A stretch of 64,000 nucleotides of DNA, from the NCBI GenBank assembly GCA_016297775.1, contig JAEDGA010000003.1, positions 2,535 to 66,534 on the forward strand, in the 5' to 3' direction. The notes below the pieces were generated by a model, which was not told where the DNA came from, ran no database searches, and saw only the letters and a program-made list of their open reading frames with translations. Source of the stretch: Candidatus Methanomethylophilaceae archaeon. Its GTDB lineage: Archaea > Thermoplasmatota > Thermoplasmata > Methanomassiliicoccales > Methanomethylophilaceae. The number at the start of each line of letters is the position of its first letter. Position 1 is the first letter of the stretch. Shown one piece after another: positions 27,617 to 36,538 of the stretch. The position numbers were made by a program, and so were the translations under genes.

Positions 27617-28441
27617 ATGGCCACGGAACTCTCCATAAAGCTTCAGAAGAAAGCCAACCTTCTCAGATATCACGTCATCGAGATGACCACGGCAGCAGGC
27701 TCCGGACACCCCGGAGGATCCCTCTCCGCCGCGGATCTCGTCGCTACACTCTATTTCGAGGTCATGAACCACGACCCCAAGAATCCCCAGTGGGCGGACA
27801 GGGACAGATTCGTCCTTTCCAAGGGACACGTGGCTCCCGTCCTCTATGCCGCACTCGCCGAGAGCGGTTACTTTCCGGTGGAGGATCTCCTTTCTCTGAG
27901 GAAGATCGGTTCCAAGCTCCAGGGGCATCCCGTAAGGGGAAAGGTGCCCGGAGTGGAGATGTCCACGGGATCCCTCGGACAGGGACTCAGCATGGCATGC
28001 GGTATCGCATTGGCCGGAAAGATGGATTCCAAGGATTATTGGACATACTGCCTTCTCGGAGACGGGGAGATGCAGAGCGGACAGAACTGGGAGGCAGCGA
28101 TGTTCGCATCCCAGTACGGTCTCGGCAAGCTCATCGCATTCGTAGACCGCAACGGCCTCCAGATCGAGGGAGATACCGAGAAGGTCATGAGCATCGAACC
28201 TCTTGCGGACAAGTGGCTCTCCTTCGGATGGGATGTCTACGAGGTGGATGGTCACAACATCGACCACATCCTCGGAGCCATAAGCCAGGCCAAGACCACG
28301 GACTCCCCGTCCGTCATAATCATGCGTACCGTCAAGGGAAAGGGAGTTTCGTTCATGGAGAACAACGCAGGATTCCACGGACGCGCATGCAAACCCGAGG
28401 AGTACGAACGCGCCATCAAGGAACTGAAGGAGGTGCTCTGA
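27617..28441 (+). CDS. transketolase, N-terminal subunit
   Basis: AGSGHPGGSLSAADL ... LSKGH ... GSLGQGLS ... LGDGEMQSG are the TPP-binding motifs. ATG lies 4 nt after the pcn stop. Confidence 0.9.
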   Translation: MATELSIKLQKKANLLRYHVIEMTTAAGSGHPGGSLSAADLVATLYFEVMNHDPKNPQWADRDRFVLSKGHVAPVLYAALAESGYFPVEDLLSLRKIGSKLQGHPVRGKVPGVEMSTGSLGQGLSMACGIALAGKMDSKDYWTYCLLGDGEMQSGQNWEAAMFASQYGLGKLIAFVDRNGLQIEGDTEKVMSIEPLADKWLSFGWDVYEVDGHNIDHILGAISQAKTTDSPSVIIMRTVKGKGVSFMENNAGFHGRACKPEEYERAIKELKEVL

Positions 28442-29391
28442 TGACCAAACTCGCACAGCGCAACTATTACGGCAAGGCATTGGCGAAGCTCGCCGAGACC
28501 AACCCCGATGTGGTGGTACTCGACGCAGATCTCGCCGGATCCACCAAGACCTCCGAATTCAGGAAGGTCGCACCCGAGAGATTCGTGGAGGTCGGAATCG
28601 CGGAGCAGGACATGATAGGTGTCGCCGCAGGTCTCGCCGCTTCCGGAAAGACCGTCTTCGCATCCACGTTCGCCGTGTTCGCCAGCGGAAGGTGCTGGGA
28701 GCAGATCAGGCTCGCCATGGCATACCCCAGGCTCAATGTCAAGGTGGTATCCACCCACTGCGGTATCAGCGTGGGGCCCGACGGAGCATCCCACCAGGCG
28801 TTGGAGGATCTGGCCATCATGCGTGCGATCCCCAACATGACAGTCATCTCCCCCGCCGATGCCTACGAGGCATACGCGGCCACCCTCGCCATCGCGGATT
28901 ACAACGGCCCGGTGTATATGAGGCTCGGACGCGCGGACATGCCCGTCATATTCGACGAGGATGTCAAGTTCGAGATCGGAAAGGCAAGGTTGCTCAGGTC
29001 CGGTTCGGATGTCACCCTCATCGGAACCGGTCAGATGGTTTCGCTCTGTCTCGATGCCGCCGAGGCATTGGAGAAGGAAGGCATCTCCGCGGATGTGATC
29101 GACATGTCCACCATCAAACCGCTGGATATCGACGCCATATACGAATCCGTCACCAAGACCGGATGCGTCGTCACCGCGGAGGAGCACAGCGTCATCGGAG
29201 GACTCGGTTCCGCAGTATCCGAGTTCCTTTCCGAGAACTTCCCCTGCCCGCTCACAAGGATCGGTACCCGCGACACCTTCGGTGAATCGGGAGAGCCGGA
29301 CGAACTTTTCAAGAAATACGGTCTCACCGCCGAGGACATCATCGAAGCGGCGAAGAGATCCATTACAAAGAAGAAGGAGAGAGAACAATGA
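28441..29391 (+). CDS. transketolase, C-terminal subunit
   Basis: [19 protein letters not shown] ... [25 protein letters not shown] overlaps the upstream TGA by 1 nt. The ORF track extension back to 27790 is out-of-context sequence. Confidence 0.9.
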   Translation: MTKLAQRNYYGKALAKLAETNPDVVVLDADLAGSTKTSEFRKVAPERFVEVGIAEQDMIGVAAGLAASGKTVFASTFAVFASGRCWEQIRLAMAYPRLNVKVVSTHCGISVGPDGASHQALEDLAIMRAIPNMTVISPADAYEAYAATLAIADYNGPVYMRLGRADMPVIFDEDVKFEIGKARLLRSGSDVTLIGTGQMVSLCLDAAEALEKEGISADVIDMSTIKPLDIDAIYESVTKTGCVVTAEEHSVIGGLGSAVSEFLSENFPCPLTRIGTRDTFGESGEPDELFKKYGLTAEDIIEAAKRSITKKKEREQ

Positions 29392-30035
29392 AGATTTTCA
29401 TCGACACTGCCAACATCGAAAGGATCAAGGAGATCAACGACTGGGGAATCCTGGACGGAGTCACCACCAACCCCAGCCTCATCGCCAAGGAGGGCAAGGA
29501 CCTCAAGACCATCGTCACCGAGATCAGCCAGATCGTCGACGGCCCCATCTCCGCCGAGGTCATGTCCATGGATGCTGAGGGAATGGTCGCGGAGGGTCTC
29601 GAACTCGCCAAGATCCACCCCAACATCAACATCAAGCTCCCCATGTGCATCGAGTCCCTGAAGGCCACCAAGATCCTGTCCTCCAAGGGAATCAAGGTCA
29701 ACGTCACCCTGATCTTCTCCGCACAGCAGGCACTCCTTGCGGCAAAGGCCGGAGCGGCATTCGTATCTCCCTTCGTCGGAAGGCTCGACGACATCGGAAT
29801 CGATGGTACCGCTCTCCTCAGCGAGATCTCCACCATCTTCAACAACTACGGTATCCAGACCGAGATCATCGCGGCATCCATCAGGAACCCGATCCACGTC
29901 TCCACCGCAGCACTCGCAGGATGCGACATCGCTACCATCCCCTACGACGTCCTCAAGATGATGATCAGTCATCCCAAGACCACGGAAGGTATCAACAAGT
30001 TCATCGCAGACTACGAGAAGTCGAAGAAGAACTGA
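29388..30035 (+). CDS. tal: transaldolase / fructose-6-phosphate aldolase family protein (short TalC type)
   Basis: [15 protein letters not shown]...GVTTNPSL ... NIKLP ... [10 protein letters not shown]. 215 aa. ATGA overlap with the upstream gene. Confidence 0.9.
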   Translation: MKIFIDTANIERIKEINDWGILDGVTTNPSLIAKEGKDLKTIVTEISQIVDGPISAEVMSMDAEGMVAEGLELAKIHPNINIKLPMCIESLKATKILSSKGIKVNVTLIFSAQQALLAAKAGAAFVSPFVGRLDDIGIDGTALLSEISTIFNNYGIQTEIIAASIRNPIHVSTAALAGCDIATIPYDVLKMMISHPKTTEGINKFIADYEKSKKN

Positions 30036-30041
30036 GGTAAG

Positions 30042-31196
30042 ATGCCCGACATCGTAGTGGTCGGCGGCGGGCCGGCAGGGTCAACGTCAGCGACATTGTT
30101 GGCAGGCTCCCATGACGTGACCGTCGTCGAGGACCATGAGAGGTCGGGTGTCCCCCTTCAATGTACGGGTCTGATCTCCCCCGAGGTCTTGGAACTCTCG
30201 GGGGTAAGACCCACCATTTTCAATGAATTCAGTGTACTGAGGGCCCATTTCCCCGATGGCAGGACATTCTCCGTGGATTGCGGGGAGGTAAAGGCCATTC
30301 TCATAGATCGTTCCGAATTGGATCTGCTTTTGTCGGAGAAGGCCATGGATGCCGGTGCCGAGTATCTGATGTCCGAGCGTTGCAGGTCCTGCGACATAGG
30401 AAGGGATGGGGTCAAAATATCCCTGTCATCCGGCAAGGTGCTGGAGTCCCGGGCGGTCGTCGGTGCGGACGGGCACTCGTCCGTGGTGAGAGGTGCGATC
30501 GGATGCGAACCTCCGAGGATGACCATCCGCGGTATACAGCTGGATGTCAGACACAAATGCGACGATCAGGACACCATAGATGTATGGATGGGTTCGGATG
30601 TGGCCCCCGGATTCTTCGGATGGACCATACCTTACGGGGATCGTGTACGTGTGGGTCTCTGTACGGAATGGAAATACGGGGCACCGAACGAATATCTTCC
30701 CGCGTTGTTGAGGAAGGCCGGACTGGATGGGTGCGACGTTCTTGCGAAATCCTGCGGAAAGATCCCTCTGGGTCTTCAGGACAGGACATATTCGGACCGT
30801 ACCTTGTTGATCGGGGATGCCGCATGCCAGGTCAAACCCGTATCCGGCGGAGGTCTGTACCCCATATTCAAATCGGCTCCGTGTCTGGCACATGTTCTGG
30901 ACGATGCTCTGGAGAGGGACGATCTGTCCGCATCCCGTCTGTCCGAATATCAGAGGCTGTGGCGCAGAGAGGTCGGCAGGGAGCTGAAGAACGGCTTCCG
31001 TCTTAGAAGGATATACAACAATCTGAGGGATGACGAGTTGAACAGGATAGGCAGTAAGGTGGACAGGGATTCGGTACGCAAAGCGATGTCATCCGCATCC
31101 ATAGACCATCCAAGTTCCATGGTGCTGGGCCTCATGCGCAACATCCCTCTCGCCCTGGGTCTTATGCCCACGATACTGAAAGGGGTGATGAGATGA
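30042..31196 (+). CDS. FAD-dependent oxidoreductase, geranylgeranyl reductase family
   Basis: IVVVGGGPAGSTSA dinucleotide fold, PLQCTGLIS, and GDAACQVKPVSGGG. Confidence 0.75.
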   Translation: MPDIVVVGGGPAGSTSATLLAGSHDVTVVEDHERSGVPLQCTGLISPEVLELSGVRPTIFNEFSVLRAHFPDGRTFSVDCGEVKAILIDRSELDLLLSEKAMDAGAEYLMSERCRSCDIGRDGVKISLSSGKVLESRAVVGADGHSSVVRGAIGCEPPRMTIRGIQLDVRHKCDDQDTIDVWMGSDVAPGFFGWTIPYGDRVRVGLCTEWKYGAPNEYLPALLRKAGLDGCDVLAKSCGKIPLGLQDRTYSDRTLLIGDAACQVKPVSGGGLYPIFKSAPCLAHVLDDALERDDLSASRLSEYQRLWRREVGRELKNGFRLRRIYNNLRDDELNRIGSKVDRDSVRKAMSSASIDHPSSMVLGLMRNIPLALGLMPTILKGVMR

Positions 31197-32212
31197 GGAT
31201 GGCAAGGATCCCCTCGTCGGATGCTCACGATACGATACCCAGACTCATGAGGATGGATGTGGTCAACCGTCATGCCAAGATCTCCAAGGACGGGGATTAC
31301 AGACTGGTGCCCATATTGGACGACGCGGTCGATACGATAATATCCATGGGTTTCGAGGTCACGGACGGGGAGGCACACTCCCGTGACAGGACGCCTCCAC
31401 AGGTCAGGATCAGGAACGCCCTTTCCGATCTTCCGGAGGATGTGCTGTCGGAACTGCCGATGAAATGGGAATATGTCGGAGACATCGCCATAATCAAGCT
31501 GAGGCCTTCTGCGGATCCGTACAAGGCACGCATCGGAGATGTGTACGCGGAGGAGTTGGACATGGACACCATATGTGTGGATCGCAGCGGGGTGTCCGGG
31601 GAGTTCAGGCATCCCAGCATGGAACTCATCCACGGCAGCAAGACCGAATCCGTACGTCTCGAGAACGGTATACGTTACTGTTTCGACGTCACCAAGGTGA
31701 TGTTCGCATCCGGTAACGTGGACGAACGCGAGAGGATGAAGAATCTGGACTGTACTGGCGAGACCGTCGTGGACATGTTCGCAGGCATAGGTTACTTCAC
31801 ACTGCCTCTGGCGAAGTTCTCGGGTGCCAAGAGAGTCATCGCATGCGAGAAGAATCCGGAATCATACGAGTTCCTGGTCAGAAACGTCACCTTGAATGAG
31901 GTGGATGGTATCGTGGAGCCGATGCTCGGGGACAACCGTAATATCCCCGGAAGGGCGTTCGCGGACCGTATCCTTATGGGGTATGTGCAGATAACGTCCG
32001 AATTCCTTCCGAAGGCGTTGGAGCTCATCAGACCCGGAGGCATCATCCACTACCATGACACATTCTACATCGACGAGTACATGGGTAGGATCGAAGCCAT
32101 ATTCACGGAACACTGCGGGGATCGCAGGTTCAGGATAGAGGGCGTCAGAGAGGTCAAATCCTTCGCACCGAGTGTCTCCCACTATGTGGCGGACGTCCGC
32201 ATATTGGATTAG
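31193..32212 (+). CDS. trm5: tRNA (guanine37-N1)-methyltransferase Trm5/Taw22 family
   Basis: WEYVGDIAIIKL ... NGIRYCFDVTKVMFASGN ... VVDMFAGIGYFTLPLA. This is the only CDS in the window ending in TAG (32210-32212). Confidence 0.85.
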   Translation: MRMARIPSSDAHDTIPRLMRMDVVNRHAKISKDGDYRLVPILDDAVDTIISMGFEVTDGEAHSRDRTPPQVRIRNALSDLPEDVLSELPMKWEYVGDIAIIKLRPSADPYKARIGDVYAEELDMDTICVDRSGVSGEFRHPSMELIHGSKTESVRLENGIRYCFDVTKVMFASGNVDERERMKNLDCTGETVVDMFAGIGYFTLPLAKFSGAKRVIACEKNPESYEFLVRNVTLNEVDGIVEPMLGDNRNIPGRAFADRILMGYVQITSEFLPKALELIRPGGIIHYHDTFYIDEYMGRIEAIFTEHCGDRRFRIEGVREVKSFAPSVSHYVADVRILD

Positions 32213-33705
32213 ACGGTCTCTCCGCATCCAGTGGCCGTGAGCAGGGTGGACATCTTGTGACGGTACTCGTCACCGGTCGAATCCGTGAGTTCCCTGATGA
32301 AAGGTACGAGGAATTCCGCCAGATCCTTCTCCTCAGCCGTACTCTTCACCGAATCGGGATTGTCCATGAACGCCAACGCGAATCCTTTTGCGAGTGCGCG
32401 TGCGTGGTAGTTCCTCGGAGGGTTGTTGGTAAGTTCCTCGGACAGGAGAGCGGTCCCACCGACCTTCATCGCCTTGGCATAGGCATCCGCTAGCCTGGTT
32501 ATATCCCCGGGATGTCTGAATACAGGCAGGGCCTTGACCACGTCCTTGGATCTTTCCATCATGCGTGCATCCCTGAGCACCGATTGGAGGTTCTTCTTGG
32601 ACACATCGCCAAGGGCATCTGCGGTCTCTGATGATGTGAAGCACTCGAGGATCTCCCTGTAGGATGCCTCCCATATCGAGGACAGTGCCTCCGACGCCCT
32701 GTCGGTCTGTACGACTATTGAATCCTTGTACTGTGCCAGATAGGATCTGAGTGCGTCTATCTCGTCCGCGGAACCCTTGAGGGATGCAATGAATCCCGCA
32801 GAATCCGAACCGAAGTTATGATCCCCGATCACGAATGTGGATTCGTCACCATCCTTCAGTGCTCCGAGTCTCTCCTTCAACACGTTCCTGATGAGCTGTA
32901 CGTCGGTGATCGCACCGTTGGCATATCTCTGGAGCTGTTCACCCTCTATGACTTCCACTCCCGTCCCTCCGGACGAGTGGTAGTTGTGTTCGACGGTGAC
33001 CTCGAAATCGTCCAATGGCTTCTCCGCTACCAGTCTGGATATGACATACTGCAGGGACGACACATCCTTGGCACAGTTCCTGCAAATCCTTATCCTGCGG
33101 TCGGCGGACTTCACCTTTATGACCAGGGCGGCCTCGTTGGTGTGCTGGCACTCCAGTTCATCATCGGGGAATTCGTAGGGCGACTCCCAGAACGTGTCAT
33201 AGAGATAGTCCTCGGGCATGTTGGGGAAGTTGGAACACACCAATTCATCGGTTATGGAATAGAGGAATAGTCCCTTCTTCTTGGCGAATGCGTTGTAGAG
33301 CAGGAGTCTGATCTTGGGGTCGTTGTAGTGCTGGCACCCTATCAGTTTGTCGTTTCCGACCGCACCTCTTTGGACGAACAGCACTTCCTCCCCGGCGAGT
33401 TTGGCGGTCGCCATGTAGGGGACGCTTCCCGACGCATACAGGGACGCTGTGGCGGCGTATGCTTTGAAGATGTCGTCGCTTCCCTTACCGGCATATTTGG
33501 TGAGGGCCTCCGCGCTGTTCTTGTACTTGTCGAGCTTGCCTATCTTCTTGAAGGTCTTGTCGAATGCACATTTCCTGCAGTTGCCCGCACATTTGGGTCT
33601 GAGTATGGATGGATCCTCCCAGAGATTCTTGGATCTCTCAAGGATGTCGTTCTCCAATCTCTTGTTCGTGCGCTTGACTCCTCTGAATCTCGCCCTGCGT
33701 CCCAT
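32209..33705 (-). CDS. uncharacterised 498-aa protein with basic N-terminus and CX3CX2C / CXXC motifs
   Basis: Long ORF with codon usage matching neighbours. MGRRARFRGVKRTNKR, KCAGNCRKCAF and ICRNCAKD. No family recognised. Confidence 0.7.
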   Translation of the reverse strand: MGRRARFRGVKRTNKRLENDILERSKNLWEDPSILRPKCAGNCRKCAFDKTFKKIGKLDKYKNSAEALTKYAGKGSDDIFKAYAATASLYASGSVPYMATAKLAGEEVLFVQRGAVGNDKLIGCQHYNDPKIRLLLYNAFAKKKGLFLYSITDELVCSNFPNMPEDYLYDTFWESPYEFPDDELECQHTNEAALVIKVKSADRRIRICRNCAKDVSSLQYVISRLVAEKPLDDFEVTVEHNYHSSGGTGVEVIEGEQLQRYANGAITDVQLIRNVLKERLGALKDGDESTFVIGDHNFGSDSAGFIASLKGSADEIDALRSYLAQYKDSIVVQTDRASEALSSIWEASYREILECFTSSETADALGDVSKKNLQSVLRDARMMERSKDVVKALPVFRHPGDITRLADAYAKAMKVGGTALLSEELTNNPPRNYHARALAKGFALAFMDNPDSVKSTAEEKDLAEFLVPFIRELTDSTGDEYRHKMSTLLTATGCGETV

Positions 33706-33727
33706 GGATACTTGATATTTCAGTGCC

Positions 33728-33737
33728 TATATAGTAA
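33728..33737. promoter_or_regulatory. TATA element in the divergent 498-aa gene / RNase III-like gene spacer
   Basis: TATATAGTAA lies in the 70-nt divergent spacer, about 25 nt from the minus-strand ATG (33705) and about 40 nt from the plus-strand ATG (33776). Confidence 0.4.
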
Positions 33738-33775
33738 TGCGCAATTCCTAATACTCTGCAGGGTGATTACGGGAC

Positions 33776-34303
33776 ATGGTAAGCGGATTGGAGACCTACG
33801 AGAGACGCATCAGGGAATACTTCGCCAAACCTCCGTTCAACATGAGGTTCGACGACAGACAGATCGAACTGTTCCGTACCGCACTGACCCATCCGTCATT
33901 CTCGGAGGAGTACAACGTCAATCACGAGGTCAAGATCAAATCCTATCAGAGGTTGGAATTCCTCGGGGATGCCGTATTGGAATTCATCGTGTGCGACGAG
34001 GCATACAACATCTCATCGCTCAGGGACGAGGGGGAGATGACCAACAATTTCAAACAGGCCGCGGTGGCCAATGCCAAGATCTGCGAGTACCTCAGATTCA
34101 ACAAGATAGATTACGAGGATGTCGCATTGTTGGGACACTCCTTCAGATCCGGGAAGGGGGACCATTTCAGCGATGACATGAGGGCGGACATGTTCGAGGC
34201 CATCCTCGCCGCCACATACCTGTCGTTCGGGATCGACAAGGCGAAGCATCTGGTACAGGACATCATCCTGCTGCCTCTGATGGAGAATTACCAGTTCAGC
34301 TGA
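33776..34303 (+). CDS. RNase III catalytic-domain protein without dsRBD (Mini-III-like architecture)
   Basis: LFRTALTHPSF ... YQRLEFLGDAVLEFIV (RNase III signature) and RADMFEAILAATYL (second acidic pair). 175 aa, with no room for a dsRNA-binding domain. Confidence 0.8.
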   Translation: MVSGLETYERRIREYFAKPPFNMRFDDRQIELFRTALTHPSFSEEYNVNHEVKIKSYQRLEFLGDAVLEFIVCDEAYNISSLRDEGEMTNNFKQAAVANAKICEYLRFNKIDYEDVALLGHSFRSGKGDHFSDDMRADMFEAILAATYLSFGIDKAKHLVQDIILLPLMENYQFS

Positions 34304-34372
34304 CGGATGCATATTGCCGTACGCACCCTCTCCTTTCTCCCCTCTTAAATACAGCGATATAGATTATCGTCC

Positions 34373-35302
34373 ATGGATGTCGATAGCACTGTCAATGCCA
34401 TCAAGAGCATGGAGATTCGTGGTGCCGGCAGGATCGCCAGGGCGGGAGCATCCGCTTTGGCGGATTTCGCAGGTTCTTACGAAGGTGATGACAGCAAAGG
34501 TTTCATGATCGACCTTATGGCCGCCAAGGCCAAGATTCTGGATTCCAGGCCGACCGCGGTGTCCCTCTGGAACGGGGTCCACGCCACGTTGAAGGGTGTG
34601 GAGGGCTGCTGTTCCGTCGAGGATGCCAAGAGACTCATCATAGCCAACGCGGAAAGGTTCAACGAAGGCTCCGTCAATGCCGTGAAGACCATAGGCGAGA
34701 TCGGTGCGAAACGCATCCAGGACGGGGATGTCATCCTCACACACTGCAACAGCAGTGCGGCACTCAGCGTGATAAAGACCGCTTTCAGACAGGGCAAGAA
34801 GTTCAAGGTGTACGCGACGGAATCCCGTCCGTGGAGACAGGGGATACTGACCGTGAACGATCTTGCCAAGGAGGGTGTGGACATCACTCTGATCATAGAC
34901 AGTGCGGTCCGTTCCGTCATGAAGAATGTGACCAAGGTCTTCGTGGGTGCGGACACGATCACGTCGCACGGAACCCTGGTCAACAAGATAGGGACCTCCC
35001 AGCTGGCACTTGCGGCCAACGAGGCCCGTGTACAGTTCTATGTGTGTTCCGAGACATACAAGTTCTCGCCCATGACCCTGTTCGGGGACATGGTGACCAT
35101 AGAGGAGCGCGACCACGAGGAGGTGGCCAAGGCAGGGGAACTGGATCCGCGCGTCAAGATATTCAACCCCGTTTTCGACAGCACGCCGTCCAAGTACATA
35201 GACGGCATAATAACCGAGATAGGTCTGATCTCACCCGGTTCAGTGTACCACGTGATGACCAGCCAGCTCGGTGATGACATATTCAAGTTCATCGGTGATT
35301 AA
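34373..35302 (+). CDS. ribose-1,5-bisphosphate isomerase (eIF-2B family, e2b2 type)
   Basis: SMEIRGAGRIARAGA ... RPTAVSLWN ... ATESRPWRQG ... GADTITSHGTLVNKIGT. Lies immediately upstream of form III RuBisCO. Confidence 0.85.
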   Translation: MDVDSTVNAIKSMEIRGAGRIARAGASALADFAGSYEGDDSKGFMIDLMAAKAKILDSRPTAVSLWNGVHATLKGVEGCCSVEDAKRLIIANAERFNEGSVNAVKTIGEIGAKRIQDGDVILTHCNSSAALSVIKTAFRQGKKFKVYATESRPWRQGILTVNDLAKEGVDITLIIDSAVRSVMKNVTKVFVGADTITSHGTLVNKIGTSQLALAANEARVQFYVCSETYKFSPMTLFGDMVTIEERDHEEVAKAGELDPRVKIFNPVFDSTPSKYIDGIITEIGLISPGSVYHVMTSQLGDDIFKFIGD

Positions 35303-36538
35303 ATGGCAACATCATACATGCATCTGGGCGAGGACATCGATGTGGATGACTTCGTTATCTGTGACTACAGGGTCACGACCGACCTGCCCATGGCGGATGC
35401 GGCGAACGCTATCGCCGCAGAGCAGTCCACGGGTACGTGGACGGACCTCAGCACCACCACCTCCAAGATCGTGGACAGGTACGGTGCCAGAGTATTGTCC
35501 ATCGACGGCGATCTCATCCGCATAGCGTTCCCCAACGAGGATTTCAGCATCGACATCGGAGGTGTACCTCAGATCCTTTCCGTCATAGCCGGAAACCTCT
35601 TCGGTCTCGAATCCGTAAGCAAGCTCAGGCTGGAGGATGTGACGTTCTCCAAGGAGATCCTCTCCATGTACAAAGGTCCCAAGTTCGGAGTGGACGGTCT
35701 CAGGGACCTTCTCGGAAGGCCGGAGAAACCCCTCGTCGGTACCATAGTCAAACCCAAGATCGGACTCTCCCCCAAGGAGACAGCCAACTACGTGTACGAG
35801 GCAGGCGCCGGAGGGCTCACCAACAGCAAGGACGACGAGACCCTGTCCAATCAGAAGTTCTGTCCCATCGAGGACCGTACGGTCGCGGTGGCGGAGGCGT
35901 TGGACAGGCTGGAGTCCGAGGGCCACAGGATGATGCACGCGATCAACGTCAGCACCAACGGCGACAAGATCGTGGAACTTGCGGAGAAGGTACAGTCCTG
36001 GGGAGCCAAGGAGCTGATGGTGGATGTCATCACCTGCGGTTTCGCCGCCGTTCAGGCACTTGCGGAGGATCCGTCCATCAAGGTCCCCATCCATGTGCAC
36101 AGGACCATGCACGGAGCACTCACCAGGGACCCCCTCCACGGTATATCCATGCTCCCGATCACCAAACTGGTACGCATGTGCGGAGGCGACGCCCTCCATA
36201 TCGGTACCCTCGGAGTGGGCAAGATGTCCGGAAATCCGAAGGGGGATCTGGCCAACCTCAACGCCTGTCTCGATCCCGTCGGAGGATACAGGACCGTCAT
36301 GCCCGTCTGCTCCGGAGGGGTGTATCCCGGAATGATCGGTAGGATGGTACAGATCTCCGGAAAGAACGTTCAGGTACAGGCAGGAGGGGGCGTTTCCGGT
36401 CACCCCGGAGGTGTAAGGAAGGGTGCAATGGCCATGTGCCAGGCAATAGACGCCGCATTCCAGGACATACCCGTCACAGAGTATGCGAAGGACCACACCG
36501 AACTCCATGAGGCCATCGTCAAGTGGGGATACAAATGA
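35303..36538 (+). CDS. rbcL: ribulose-1,5-bisphosphate carboxylase, form III large subunit
   Basis: AAEQSTGTW, GNLFG, VKPKIGL, SKDDE (carbamylated Lys plus metal ligands), HVHRTMH, LHIGT, GKMSG, CSGG and AGGGVSGHP. All canonical catalytic positions are present. Confidence 0.9.
   Translation: MATSYMHLGEDIDVDDFVICDYRVTTDLPMADAANAIAAEQSTGTWTDLSTTTSKIVDRYGARVLSIDGDLIRIAFPNEDFSIDIGGVPQILSVIAGNLFGLESVSKLRLEDVTFSKEILSMYKGPKFGVDGLRDLLGRPEKPLVGTIVKPKIGLSPKETANYVYEAGAGGLTNSKDDETLSNQKFCPIEDRTVAVAEALDRLESEGHRMMHAINVSTNGDKIVELAEKVQSWGAKELMVDVITCGFAAVQALAEDPSIKVPIHVHRTMHGALTRDPLHGISMLPITKLVRMCGGDALHIGTLGVGKMSGNPKGDLANLNACLDPVGGYRTVMPVCSGGVYPGMIGRMVQISGKNVQVQAGGGVSGHPGGVRKGAMAMCQAIDAAFQDIPVTEYAKDHTELHEAIVKWGYK

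Noticed and set aside
27790-28440. N-terminal 217 codons of the 533-aa ORF containing the transketolase C-terminal subunit
   Set aside because: This part is an alternative frame of the transketolase N-subunit gene and is Arg/Gly-rich. The homologous sequence starts at [11 protein letters not shown] (ATG 28441), coupled to the upstream stop.
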